From: Bdellovibrionota bacterium
GTDB taxonomy: Bacteria; Bdellovibrionota_C; UBA2361; JBIKUX01
Assembly: GCA_044347345.1 (NCBI GenBank)
Contig: JBIKUX010000008.1
Coordinates: 32,027 to 96,026 of the forward strand
DNA length: 64,000 nucleotides
Direction of reading: 5' to 3'
Part shown: one piece after another, positions 1-10,022 of the stretch
Layout: the number at the start of each line of letters is the position of its first letter
How positions within the stretch are numbered: the stretch's first letter is position 1
Made by a program: the position numbers and the translations under genes
Notes under the pieces: model-generated
Told to the model about the DNA's origin: nothing
Databases searched by the model: none
Seen by the model: the letters and a program-made list of their open reading frames with translations, nothing else

Positions 1-1
1 A

Positions 2-430
2 CAAATTGTTCTGTCAGGTTCTAGCTCAGATATGACAAAAATTATCGCCGAGCTCGGCAAGGGTAAATATATCCCACTTCCTGTTAGTGCTCCATTTCAC
101 TCTCGACTCATGCGCCCCGCCGCTGAACGGCTCACCGCTGATATCCATGCCTTAACTATCAAAAGTCCAAGATTTCCAATTATTGCCAATGTAACTGCTA
201 CTCCTATTTCAAGTCCAAGCGAAATTGCTTCTTTACTAATTAAACAAGTTTGTGGAAGGGTGCGTTGGGTAGAATGTATTCAAGCAGCCAGAAGTCTGGC
301 TTCACCTGACAGTATTGTTATTGAATTTGGAGCAGGAAACGTATTAGCAGGTCTTTGCAAGCGCATAGATAAAGAATTGCAAATTTTTACAACAGGTAGT
401 GCAGAGGAAATTGGACGACTTTATCAATAG
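2..430 (+). CDS. fabD: Malonyl-CoA:ACP transacylase, 3' part (runs off the left edge)
   Basis: LPVSAPFHSRLM, PIIANVTA, VRWVECI and IEFGAGNVLAGL motifs. The frame is open upstream of the ORF-track ATG (QIVLSG from position 2). Confidence 0.93.
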   Translation, partial: QIVLSGSSSDMTKIIAELGKGKYIPLPVSAPFHSRLMRPAAERLTADIHALTIKSPRFPIIANVTATPISSPSEIASLLIKQVCGRVRWVECIQAARSLASPDSIVIEFGAGNVLAGLCKRIDKELQIFTTGSAEEIGRLYQ

Positions 431-491
431 TACATTTATTCATAAGAAGATACTTCAGATTATTTTTTAGTTATTAATTAACAAAAATTAA

Positions 492-1163
492 GTGATTATA
501 TTCAAACCTGACGAATTAACTTGGCGAAACATTCTTGCAGAAGAGCTTGGTAAACCTTATTACTCGCGCCTAATTTCGTTTATTCAACAACAACGCACTT
601 CTGGCCAAACTATTTTTCCGGAAGAACACCATATGTTCCGCGCCTTTGAGCTTACACCTCTTAAATCACTAAAGGTAGTTATTCTTGGGCAAGATCCTTA
701 CTCTAATGAGGGACAAGCAAATGGTTTATGCTTTTCAGTTAAGCATGGTCAACCAATCCCTCCATCCTTAAAAAATATCTTTGTTGAATTAAAAGATGAT
801 GTAGGGACAGCTTGCTTCCAAGATGGGGATCTTTCAAATTGGGCAAATCAAGGGGTTTTGCTTTTAAACACCATTCTAACCGTAGCTAAAGGGAAGCCAC
901 TTTCCCATGCTCATCAAGGTTGGGAACAATTTACTGACTGCGTAATATCTTGTATCAGCAAATTCAAAGAAAATGTGGTTTTTATTCTGTGGGGCACTGC
1001 GGCTAAAAAGAAGGAACTACTAATTGATAAAGGAAAGCATAAAATACTAATTGCCTCTCATCCCTCTCCATTATCTGCATACAGAGGTTTTTTTGGTTGT
1101 CGACACTTCTCAAAGACTAATGACTATTTGGTTAAGCACTCCTTATCAGCAATTTCTTGGTAA
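492..1163 (+). CDS. ung: Uracil-DNA glycosylase, family 1
   Basis: VVILGQDPY, GLCFSV, PPSLKNIF, WANQGVLLLN and HPSPLSA motifs; GTG start. Confidence 0.97.
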   Translation: MIIFKPDELTWRNILAEELGKPYYSRLISFIQQQRTSGQTIFPEEHHMFRAFELTPLKSLKVVILGQDPYSNEGQANGLCFSVKHGQPIPPSLKNIFVELKDDVGTACFQDGDLSNWANQGVLLLNTILTVAKGKPLSHAHQGWEQFTDCVISCISKFKENVVFILWGTAAKKKELLIDKGKHKILIASHPSPLSAYRGFFGCRHFSKTNDYLVKHSLSAISW

Positions 1164-1183
1164 GGCTTATCAAGAGCTTTAAT

Positions 1184-1948
1184 TTATTCCCTCAATTTTT
1201 TAGACCCAAATAAACGGGGGAAGAAGTAAGGAGTACTCTTTTGATATTCCGCAAAATCTTGACCGAAATACTTAGTATATCTAGCTTCCTTTAATAAAGG
1301 AGCAGCTAAACAGTAACATGACCAAAGAACAGCGAGGAAAAGATGGTCGGCTGTCCACACTGGACTCGTCCAAAGAGTACAGAGAAACGCTAAGTATATC
1401 GGTTGCCGACAACACCGAAATAATCCTTTATTCGGCATACCAGGATATTTAGGCTTCTCTCCTGTAACAACCGCTAGCCAACCAAGAATACCCGTTTGAA
1501 ACAAAAAGCCGGCATCAAAAATAGCCTTCCCCAGTAACATCCATCCCCCAACATATAGTAAACTTAACAATACTCGTAACGCTCCATGAGGCTCCCATAA
1601 AGTACTTGACGACGGGGACCATGCAAGAAATACAAATGCTAATTGTAGCCCAGCTATTAAGGTAAAGATGGTAGATACTTCAAACGGATGAGGAGAAAGA
1701 CGCTTTAATAAACCATGCCCCCGTTCACTAGCTAAATAGGAATGAAGAATGGGAAATTGAACTAAAAGACTAAAGTTAGCTATCCATCTCCATACACCAG
1801 ATGCAGTACCATAACCGCAGTGTAGCCCATAGTACAAACCTCGAATCATCAAAACAACGCTAAATATATAGACCGCTCCGTTAACTAAGCCTAATGCTAC
1901 AGCGGCTAAGCCCTGCCCAGTCGGAGCCCATTGTTTAATTTTTTGCAT
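1184..1948 (-). CDS. Membrane methyltransferase-like protein (ICMT/nurim/MddA-like)
   Basis: Multiple TM segments; C-terminal LFRCCRQPIYLAF...LWTSP..T.DHLFLA...KEARY...FGQDFAEYQKSTP resembles the MddA/nurim C-terminus. Confidence 0.7.
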   Translation of the reverse strand: MQKIKQWAPTGQGLAAVALGLVNGAVYIFSVVLMIRGLYYGLHCGYGTASGVWRWIANFSLLVQFPILHSYLASERGHGLLKRLSPHPFEVSTIFTLIAGLQLAFVFLAWSPSSSTLWEPHGALRVLLSLLYVGGWMLLGKAIFDAGFLFQTGILGWLAVVTGEKPKYPGMPNKGLFRCCRQPIYLAFLCTLWTSPVWTADHLFLAVLWSCYCLAAPLLKEARYTKYFGQDFAEYQKSTPYFFPRLFGSKKLRE

Positions 1949-1981
1949 AGGATAGGATTAAGTCAATTTATTAGAGTAACC

Positions 1982-2626
1982 TTAAAGGTGAGTAGGAATT
2001 TCAACCGAAAAACGCACTCGCACCTCTTTATCAAGCTTTGCTATTAGAATAGAAGGGTCTTCAACACCAAACTCAGCCCAATTTAACTTGCCCTTACCTA
2101 CTAATTTTATTCTATCAGGAGCTACTCGTTTAAAAGTGCCACTAAATCTTAGCGGCTTTTTAACCCCTCGAATTGTAACAAATGCGTCAATAGAAGCTAG
2201 ACACGGTTTAATTTCTGTAATCTCACTCAGCTTGCAAAGCTCTTTACTGTGCTCTCCGCTCACACCCTGCTCTCCACTAATCGAAGCTAACGAAAAATGT
2301 ACTGAAGGATATTTATCAGCGGCCATAACTTTGTATAGCTCCCTATCTCTCATGCCGAGACCTGTTTTAAAGCTCTTTACCTCTCCGTCTATTTCAGCTC
2401 GAAAGCCGCCACTGTTATTCTCGCGCCATACCTCACCCTTAATTGCCTCTATAGAGCCACTAACTGTGTGCCAAGTTGATTCTACTTTAAAAGAAACTTG
2501 AGCCGAATTCTTTGTAATCGAAAGAGGTAAGAGGAACTCTTCTTGTGGATCTGCAATAACCGACCTGGAAAAACCAAAAAATGAAGATAAAAGTATAATT
2601 TTAATAACAGTACTCACTAAATTCAT
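1982..2626 (-). CDS. YceI-family periplasmic lipid/polyisoprenoid-binding protein
   Basis: Signal peptide; VSFKVESTWHTVSG, FKTGLGMRDREL, KYPSVHF, VTIRGVKK and LNWAEFGV motifs. Confidence 0.88.
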   Translation of the reverse strand: MNLVSTVIKIILLSSFFGFSRSVIADPQEEFLLPLSITKNSAQVSFKVESTWHTVSGSIEAIKGEVWRENNSGGFRAEIDGEVKSFKTGLGMRDRELYKVMAADKYPSVHFSLASISGEQGVSGEHSKELCKLSEITEIKPCLASIDAFVTIRGVKKPLRFSGTFKRVAPDRIKLVGKGKLNWAEFGVEDPSILIAKLDKEVRVRFSVEIPTHL

Positions 2627-2673
2627 AATAAGTCCCTAAATTATCTAACTAACAAATGTAGCCAGTAATAAGA

Positions 2674-3384
2674 TTAATTGCATTCCGCTCTGAATCTGGT
2701 TGTAATCTCTATTCCAACCACATAAACCAACATCGAACCACAATTAAATGTTAAAAAAGCTGGTTGAGTAATAATAAAATTGCTTTGCCCGTCCCTACTC
2801 CCCCAAACGAGTGATTCCTTAAAGAGCGGATATTTCAGTCCTTGAGTAGAGATATTAAGAGCCGAGCTAAACGACAATAGCGAGACAGTCGTGCCTACGG
2901 GAATTTCATCTAACGAACAAACGACCTCTACATCATTTGTCGCGCAAAGAAAACATCCAAATCCTTCATCGTGAGCCAACCACAAACTAAAAATATGGGC
3001 ATATTTATGCACAACTCCTAAATTAGTTGCAGCATGATCAAAACGGCCACCACTTATACCAATAATTATGACATCAGTTAAGCCAGACCCCTTGAGGTAA
3101 TCTAGGGTCTTTTCAAAATCCGTAGAATACTGACAGGGATTCTTGATAATCTTCGTGTCAGAGGCACAAATAGATCGTGTATGATCACTCAGAGAATCTA
3201 GGTCGCCAATTATTACGTCTGGCTTTATTCCTTTAGTTACAAGACAGTTTGCAGCTCCATCGGCACAAACTACCAGATGCGCGGATGCACACAACTTGTT
3301 AACCAAAGTGACGGACGGAAGAATACCGTTTAAAACAACTACAGCATATTTTGAATAACGCATCAGAAAAGTATAAAAATACAA
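2674..3384 (-). CDS. thiN: Thiamine pyrophosphokinase
   Basis: CADGAAN, IIGDLDS, STDFEKTL, GGRFDH and GLKYPL motifs. Confidence 0.93.
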   Translation of the reverse strand: MYFYTFLMRYSKYAVVVLNGILPSVTLVNKLCASAHLVVCADGAANCLVTKGIKPDVIIGDLDSLSDHTRSICASDTKIIKNPCQYSTDFEKTLDYLKGSGLTDVIIIGISGGRFDHAATNLGVVHKYAHIFSLWLAHDEGFGCFLCATNDVEVVCSLDEIPVGTTVSLLSFSSALNISTQGLKYPLFKESLVWGSRDGQSNFIITQPAFLTFNCGSMLVYVVGIEITTRFRAECN

Positions 3385-3404
3385 ATCAATTGTTGAGGAT
3401 CATA

Positions 3405-5750
3405 TTAAAAATTTCCTTTTACACCAGCAAGAAAAGCTCTTCCTCTTTGTGGGAAGAGGTCTTTGGTGAATGATATATGATTTCTAATTTCCTCATCAGT
3501 CAGATTAGTCCCCTGTACAAAGGTTGTAATACTGGCTTTCTCAAAGGGAAACGTATAACCGCCCTCTATATTTAGTTGTTGGTATGAATCAGTTGGTAAT
3601 TCAAAGGATGCTACTCGACGTTGCGCTTCAGCAAAAATCTGACTTAACTGTAAATTCCAATCGTTGTAATCATAGTTAAACCCTACTCTCGTAATGCTCG
3701 GAGGCATCCGAGGAAGCGGGTCATCCTCTACTAGATTACGACCTCGCACCAAATCAAATGAAGAAACAAAATCGACTAAATGGCCTCTAAGGTTTACCAA
3801 GTTTATCTTACCTTCAATCTCACCGCCAAAAAGCTGAGCTCTAGTCATTTGATAAGCAAAGACGGGTAATTCATCCTCCTCCTCTCCAGTAGGAGCCAAG
3901 TTCAAATAATCATCGTAATGCTGAAGAAATGCTGAGGCTGAACCGGAGAATCTGCCAAATTTTTTCCGTAATGTTAGCTCTCCGCCAATTGCTCTCTCCT
4001 TTTCAAGAGAAGAGTCTCCTATTTCAAAGGTGCGGGTGGCTGTATGAGCTCCATTAGCGAAAAGTTCCGCATTATTTGGTGCTCGTTCAGAATAAGCTAG
4101 GGAAAGACCATAGACGAAAGGGTTGCTAGATCTAGCCTTATTAAATGATCCTGAGAGTCCAGTAGAAGCACTCACTAAATGAAAATTTCTGTTTGAATAA
4201 TTAATAACATGCCCCCTATCCTTCATCGTTCTAATAGAGGAATGACCATCTCTCTCACTCGTCCCGACACCCGGGTCAATGTTACTCCACTCATATCGTC
4301 CACTATTTTGCCAAACCAAAGACTCACCAAGCTCAAGCTCCTCTAATAAAAACAATGCAGGAGACGCTACTCTACTGTCAGGCAAGTAAGCCTCATTACC
4401 GGCGGCTTGGAAAGATTCAAGATTAATCTGCAAACCTCCGCCCCCAGAAAGCTTACGTTGAGAGTCACCAATCGCGACAGGAGAGTGCTGAAGTTGTAGG
4501 CGAGTCTCAACTGTATCATTTTGAAATCTTGTACCTACCTCGGCACCCTCAATCTCATTGTGGCTATAGGTACTAACGGCTCCGTTAACTTTTATTTTAT
4601 CAATACCGCGAGCAACATCCTTTGTCTCATTATGAAATGCTAAACGCCACTGATCTAGGTTAATCGCTACGCCAGGTTCATCCCCCTCATTCAATGAGGA
4701 CGATCTAGACTTCAAAAATCTAAAATCTTTGGAAAAATCCTTATCATGTTCTTCATGGTGCTCGTCATGGTCATGGTGCTCGTCATGATGATGATCTTCA
4801 TTTTCACCATCTTCATGTCCTTCATCATGCTTGTGCCCATGGTGAACATGACCGGGAACTCCGTACTGAGACTCAAAATAACGGAGTGATACACCATAAT
4901 AACCTAAAGAGTGTACTTTGGAGCCACCAACAACAAAGCCCTTACTGAGTGTATCACTATTAGGTAAACGACCTTTTATTTCCTCCTCCTCCTCACCATA
5001 TTCTCCCTCCTCCTGATGATGGTTGTCTTCTTCATTTATTCTGTAAGGCTCAGACTCTGCCAGTCCAGGAATGGCGATATTTCCTGTTCGGCGATAAAAT
5101 GAGCCGATACGCCACTGAAATTCTCCTACTTCTCCGGTTAAGTCAGCGCTTCCTGAAGAAAGATCACTTGCGGAATCTCCCTTCTGGACAAGAACAGAAC
5201 CTCTTACTTCCTCACCAATTCTCTCAGAGGGAATGTCATTATCGATAAAATTAACCAAACCTCCTATAGCAGAACCTCCGTACAACAGAGTTGCAGGCCC
5301 CCTAACAACTTCAGCCCTTTCGACTAATGAGGTATCAATAGCTACACTATGATCATCACTATTAGCACTTATATCACCAATTGCAACGCCATTATTAACA
5401 ACTCTAACTCTTCCTCCTCCTTGCCCACGAATTACCGGCCTGCCCACGCCAGGAGCAAAAGAAGACGATCTTATTCCCACAGATTCGTTAAAAATATCAG
5501 AAATATTTGATGAAAAAGAGCGATCTAAATCATCCTTTGTAATAAGGGTATAGGGCATATTATATGATTCAAGCGGCTTTGGAGCCAGCGAGCCACTAAC
5601 AAAAACCTCTGTAGCTGGTGCCTCACTTGTTTTTGATGTCGTACCGCTCTCAGATCCTAACTCTGCATAAAGAGGGGGAACCCGAAACAAAAGAATACTA
5701 AAAACCAAGAAACTTGTGCTTAAGCCTCGCATGAGTGCCATCCTTAACAA
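3405..5750 (-). CDS. TonB-dependent receptor, ZnuD-like, with His/Asp/Glu-rich insert
   Basis: TonB box EVFVSG; plug motifs GVGRPVIRG and EVVRGPATLLYG; ANGAHTAT..FEIG; C-terminal Phe (VKGNF); His-rich loop. Confidence 0.9.
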   Translation of the reverse strand: MLRMALMRGLSTSFLVFSILLFRVPPLYAELGSESGTTSKTSEAPATEVFVSGSLAPKPLESYNMPYTLITKDDLDRSFSSNISDIFNESVGIRSSSFAPGVGRPVIRGQGGGRVRVVNNGVAIGDISANSDDHSVAIDTSLVERAEVVRGPATLLYGGSAIGGLVNFIDNDIPSERIGEEVRGSVLVQKGDSASDLSSGSADLTGEVGEFQWRIGSFYRRTGNIAIPGLAESEPYRINEEDNHHQEEGEYGEEEEEIKGRLPNSDTLSKGFVVGGSKVHSLGYYGVSLRYFESQYGVPGHVHHGHKHDEGHEDGENEDHHHDEHHDHDEHHEEHDKDFSKDFRFLKSRSSSLNEGDEPGVAINLDQWRLAFHNETKDVARGIDKIKVNGAVSTYSHNEIEGAEVGTRFQNDTVETRLQLQHSPVAIGDSQRKLSGGGGLQINLESFQAAGNEAYLPDSRVASPALFLLEELELGESLVWQNSGRYEWSNIDPGVGTSERDGHSSIRTMKDRGHVINYSNRNFHLVSASTGLSGSFNKARSSNPFVYGLSLAYSERAPNNAELFANGAHTATRTFEIGDSSLEKERAIGGELTLRKKFGRFSGSASAFLQHYDDYLNLAPTGEEEDELPVFAYQMTRAQLFGGEIEGKINLVNLRGHLVDFVSSFDLVRGRNLVEDDPLPRMPPSITRVGFNYDYNDWNLQLSQIFAEAQRRVASFELPTDSYQQLNIEGGYTFPFEKASITTFVQGTNLTDEEIRNHISFTKDLFPQRGRAFLAGVKGNF

Positions 5751-5770
5751 AAAACTCGCGCCGCATCTTA

Positions 5771-5787
5771 ATGCGAATTAATTGCAA
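5771..5787. promoter_or_regulatory. Candidate Zur/Fur-family operator
   Basis: Imperfect palindrome ATGCGA-ATTAA-TTGCAA about 20 bp upstream of the ZnuD-like start. It resembles the TGCAA-N5-TTGCA type Zur box as I recall it for deltaproteobacteria. Confidence 0.5.
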
Positions 5788-5816
5788 TAGCAACACATAG
5801 CAGATGCTAGAATTTA

Positions 5817-6668
5817 TTACCTTGAAGCTAACGTTGGGGATAAATCTTGAGTACCGGATTGAGCCTCACTCGCACTGTCTTGAGTATTGTGGCCGATAGT
5901 ATGTGCATCTTTGTCTTTGTCGCGCAGCGCACTTATGGTGCCCAGAGATGCGTTTACTTTTCTAAACGCATCATTCCCTAAATAATCGAGAGGAGACGCA
6001 GGAGGAAGTGGTATCTCTTCTGCCTCTTTGTTGCGTAATTCCTCAGCCTCTTGATGAGTAACAACAACTTGGTTGTTAATCTCGTCAGTTATGGTCGCTA
6101 TTAAAACTTCCTGTCTGCGCTGAATTTGATCTTGTTGTTTTTGTTGAGCCTCTTGTTTCTGCTTTTCAGGGTCGTTATCAATGGCACGCTCACCGATACT
6201 CTTATATTTTTGCTGTTCAGACTCTTCCTGAGGATTAGGTGGTGCGATATTGCCCTTAGGATCCATGCTCGCCGGACGAAAATCACGCATATCGGCAGCA
6301 ACTAGCGGATTATGACGGTCTTCGCGAACAGTGGTTTCAGCTTTCACCGAATTATAAACCCTAAGGCGATGCAACATTTCGCCCTTTGATAGCTGACCCA
6401 ACAAATAGAGCTTCATGAGTCGGTTGGGCTCATACTCTCCTGTTTTATTCTCATAAGGATTTAGCTCCGCCTTGAAGCCCTCCTTACTGGAACTCTTGTA
6501 CGATGCCTCTCCTAACTTAACTTCAGGAGACTTGCTGAGAGCTGAACGCAAACTGTCGGTAAGGTCTTTTGAATCACCAGTTTTTACTTTAGCAGAAAGG
6601 AGATCTGTTCCAGACTCTCTAGAACTTAGATTAGGATCGTAATTTTTTTGTAAGTCAGATGAAGACAT
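5817..6668 (-). CDS. Hypothetical hydrophilic Q/E/S-rich protein
   Basis: 283-aa ORF with a coiled-coil-like QKQQEAQQKQQDQIQRRQE stretch; no recognisable motif. Confidence 0.7.
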   Translation of the reverse strand: MSSSDLQKNYDPNLSSRESGTDLLSAKVKTGDSKDLTDSLRSALSKSPEVKLGEASYKSSSKEGFKAELNPYENKTGEYEPNRLMKLYLLGQLSKGEMLHRLRVYNSVKAETTVREDRHNPLVAADMRDFRPASMDPKGNIAPPNPQEESEQQKYKSIGERAIDNDPEKQKQEAQQKQQDQIQRRQEVLIATITDEINNQVVVTHQEAEELRNKEAEEIPLPPASPLDYLGNDAFRKVNASLGTISALRDKDKDAHTIGHNTQDSASEAQSGTQDLSPTLASR

Positions 6669-6978
6669 AAGTCAGATATACTCACAAACTGGGGCATACC
6701 TTAAATACTTGGGCGACAATACTTTAGGTACCAATACTGATGGGGGAAACAATTTGAGTTTACACCAAATTGCTATTGCCCTGCATTATAGCTTGTATTT
6801 ATTAGAGCCCGTCTTTACTAGCGCCTTTATTATTGTGAACCTTGCCGATTTTTTCAAGAAAAATTATACTTTACGCACTTTTATAAAAATTACTTTTGCG
6901 AGTCTATAAAATAGATCATGCTTAGAGACCTAATTGCTTCAATTTTAGTCAAATCGTATTAACTAAATTTCTTTCGAT

Positions 6979-9900
6979 GTGAACTCAAACCTCATTTTCC
7001 TTGGATGGCAAACCCCTCTAGTCAGATTAGCCGCTACCAAGGTGTTTGACCTTACATCGTCAAACACAAGAAACAGTGCACTACGTAATCACTCATATAA
7101 TAACGATGTGCAAGATAATCCCAACAATAGCAAAACTAACGAAGCTGCTTATTTGCGTTGTTGTGAAAATTTAAGCGAATCTGTGATTTTGGTACCAACA
7201 GAAAAGAGTGGTAGAAAATTTTTAGAATTACTTTTAGCCGAAAAAATTAAGAGTAATGCTGTACCCAAACATGTAACCCATTCGCATTTCCTTAATCCTC
7301 CCATTGTGATTACGCCAAAACACTTCCCACGAATGGTTTTAAACAAGACTTTCACGCCTACCAATAATATCTTGGCAGAGCAAAGCGGAAATATCTTGCC
7401 CATAGCATCAAACTGGGAAAGGTATATGGGATGGCGTAAAGCCTTACAATTAACCTCTACTTCAACGCTAAATCAGCTAACTGCCAATAAAATTGTGCTT
7501 AACACTCACAGTGAGCGCGTACTTGCTACAACCATTGCAGAGCTTCACACGACCGTAACTTGCAGTCTCCATAGTTTTAAAGATGTTTATCGCATAATCT
7601 CAGGCGGACTGATCTCAGATGAAGAATATGGTATTCCCGATAGTGAAACTGCTAGATGGGAGGCTTTATCGCAGATTGAAGAGATTTATTTCAAGGTTTT
7701 AGCTGAAGTAGTTCAAAAAACCGACGAATTCGATGCAATATGCAGACTACTTAAATCAGAAATAAAAATTCCATTTAAACAACTGTACGTTATTGGGTTA
7801 ATTGAACAATCAAACGTTATTAAGCAATTACTTGAGTTACTTAATCCAACTCCAATCATTTTAATTGGTGCACCTGAATCATACAAAAATGCTTTCACCA
7901 ATACAGGTGCACTCAGACCAGATATTGGGGCACAAATTTGCTTACCTTCCGAGCAATGTAAAAAAGTCCGGATTAAAACTGCAAGTAGCCCTCTAAATGA
8001 AGCAGAGTTATCAATTGCATGGCTAAACAACTTAGCAGCCAACAGTGAGAAGGATATTAACGACAAGCACTACGATAAAAACAAAAATAACCAAAAAGCC
8101 GTCTTTGTATTTAATGATGAAGAATCTTCAGCCACCTTTACTCAGATTCTTAATATGGCCGGAATCCCCACTCATCTAGGAGCTATTTTGCCATTTAGAC
8201 AATCCCGTCTCGGTTTACTCACGGATATAATCGTAAAGCTAGCTGACAAATTTTCATCTGATGTTATAACTTCTGCAATTCGCAATCCTTTTATTTTTTC
8301 ATGGATTAGCAGGCAAGTAGAAACCAACGCCGATAATCTAAGCATCATTTCAGCTTTTGATTACATTGCTACAAAGCATGTTCCAGACATTTGGCACCCA
8401 GATGCAATTTATCTTAGTGCTTCAGATAGTAACAAGGAAAAGAGAATATCACCGCAATTAATCGTTAAGCACACGCTACAAGCTTTACAAAAGTTAATAT
8501 CTCCACTTGTAGTTAACACTAAAATTTCGCCAATTGAAGCATGTGAAATTCTTTTAGCCATACTTTTTGAAATTATCGAATCTGAGACACTTGACGCAGA
8601 AGAATATAGCGCATTAGTTCAACCTTTGATTAATCTAGGCAACCTTTTACATAATGCTTCTAAAGAAACTTTAGAACTCTCCTCATGCGCTGAACACATC
8701 GGAGATATTTTGCTATTACTTGAAAATTCAGCAGCTTTTCCTGTTGACTTACATGGCGAGGGTCTTGAGGTTATAGGTTGGCTAGAACTACCACTCAATG
8801 ACGCAACGAATGTAGCCATATCGGGAGCAAATGAAGGGCTTTTGCCAAAAAAGTCCGCGATATCTACCGACTCCTTTTTGCCAGACAGTTTAAGACGGCG
8901 CCTAGGATTACCCAACGATACTTCTCAACTTGAAAGAGATGCCTTTATCCTAAAGCAAGTATGCAATAGTCGTGATTCAGTCTTGATAACAGCACATACC
9001 CGGTCTTTAAATGATACCCCAAGGCTTCCATCACGACTTATTGTACAAGGCTCTGCCTCACAAGCAGCACAGCGTTACCTTGAATTTTTTTCTCTTTCAG
9101 AAAATTCTGAACATACTCTGTCCATACCCAACGGTACCATTTTCGATGCATCGAACTTACTTCAGTGGCAAACTCCTCTCCCTGAAGAAGGGGCTGTTTT
9201 TTTACGACCACTTTCAGCGTCAAGCCTTAAACTCTATCAACAATGCCCCTACAGGTTTTATCTGAGATATATTCTCAATCTCAGAGGTTTTACCGACTCC
9301 TTTATTGAGCTTAGTCCGCAAATATACGGAAATCTTATTCACTCAATTCACTATGAAGCGGGCAAAAAAGAACTTAGTGGCGATGTTAGCCCTGAATCTC
9401 TTGAGACATTATTTACTGAAACAGGGGAAACAATATCAGAAGCTCAATTTCTTCCGTATCCGACTGTAGCAACTAAAGTACAACTAGTTCACTTAGCCGA
9501 TAGCATCCTCGCTATGGCAAAAACTTTTAATACATTCCGTTTGCAAGGATGGAAGCCCTGGGCAGTCGAACTTAAGATTACCAGCTTAATCGAAAATATC
9601 CCGTTTTTAGCCGTTATAGACCGCGTGGAATATCATCAACAAACAAAATCTTTTCGGATTATCGACGTTAAAACTGGCTATACAGGAGGCGGTAGTCTCA
9701 GTAAACATTCTTCTCTAAAAAAACGAGATGGTTCTTGGAAAGATATTCAGCTTCCAATGTATGCAGTGTTACTTAGAGATTTTTTAAAAGAGCAGAATGT
9801 TGAAGTACAAAATATTGAAAGCTGTTACCTGACTTTTTCATCCAACTCACATCCAATTATAATTAACTTCTCCGATGAGGAACTTGATGATGCTCTCAGT

Positions 9901-9996
9901 TTCATTCTAACAATCGCTAAAAAAGCTCGTTATGGACCGTACATGCCTCCATCAACGTTACCATTCAATGATGAATTTAAGAGACTTATAATTTAA
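6979..9996 (+). CDS. addB: AddB/RexB-like protein with C-terminal PD-(D/E)XK nuclease
   Basis: LSASSLKLYQQCPYRFY, AVIDRVE...IIDVKTG and IQLPMY motifs; directly upstream of an AddA-like helicase. Confidence 0.82.
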   Translation: MNSNLIFLGWQTPLVRLAATKVFDLTSSNTRNSALRNHSYNNDVQDNPNNSKTNEAAYLRCCENLSESVILVPTEKSGRKFLELLLAEKIKSNAVPKHVTHSHFLNPPIVITPKHFPRMVLNKTFTPTNNILAEQSGNILPIASNWERYMGWRKALQLTSTSTLNQLTANKIVLNTHSERVLATTIAELHTTVTCSLHSFKDVYRIISGGLISDEEYGIPDSETARWEALSQIEEIYFKVLAEVVQKTDEFDAICRLLKSEIKIPFKQLYVIGLIEQSNVIKQLLELLNPTPIILIGAPESYKNAFTNTGALRPDIGAQICLPSEQCKKVRIKTASSPLNEAELSIAWLNNLAANSEKDINDKHYDKNKNNQKAVFVFNDEESSATFTQILNMAGIPTHLGAILPFRQSRLGLLTDIIVKLADKFSSDVITSAIRNPFIFSWISRQVETNADNLSIISAFDYIATKHVPDIWHPDAIYLSASDSNKEKRISPQLIVKHTLQALQKLISPLVVNTKISPIEACEILLAILFEIIESETLDAEEYSALVQPLINLGNLLHNASKETLELSSCAEHIGDILLLLENSAAFPVDLHGEGLEVIGWLELPLNDATNVAISGANEGLLPKKSAISTDSFLPDSLRRRLGLPNDTSQLERDAFILKQVCNSRDSVLITAHTRSLNDTPRLPSRLIVQGSASQAAQRYLEFFSLSENSEHTLSIPNGTIFDASNLLQWQTPLPEEGAVFLRPLSASSLKLYQQCPYRFYLRYILNLRGFTDSFIELSPQIYGNLIHSIHYEAGKKELSGDVSPESLETLFTETGETISEAQFLPYPTVATKVQLVHLADSILAMAKTFNTFRLQGWKPWAVELKITSLIENIPFLAVIDRVEYHQQTKSFRIIDVKTGYTGGGSLSKHSSLKKRDGSWKDIQLPMYAVLLRDFLKEQNVEVQNIESCYLTFSSNSHPIIINFSDEELDDALSFILTIAKKARYGPYMPPSTLPFNDEFKRLII

Positions 9997-10022
9997 GCGA
10001 TATAGCCTTATTAATAATTGAT

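Noticed and set aside
2088-2501. Plus-strand ORF inside yceI
   Set aside because: Antisense shadow of a well-supported gene; the same applies to similar ORFs at 7713, 14593, 24272, 36599, 52302, 58369 and 60387.
6709-6909. 66-aa ORF before addB
   Set aside because: TTG start, no motif, lies in a divergent promoter region.
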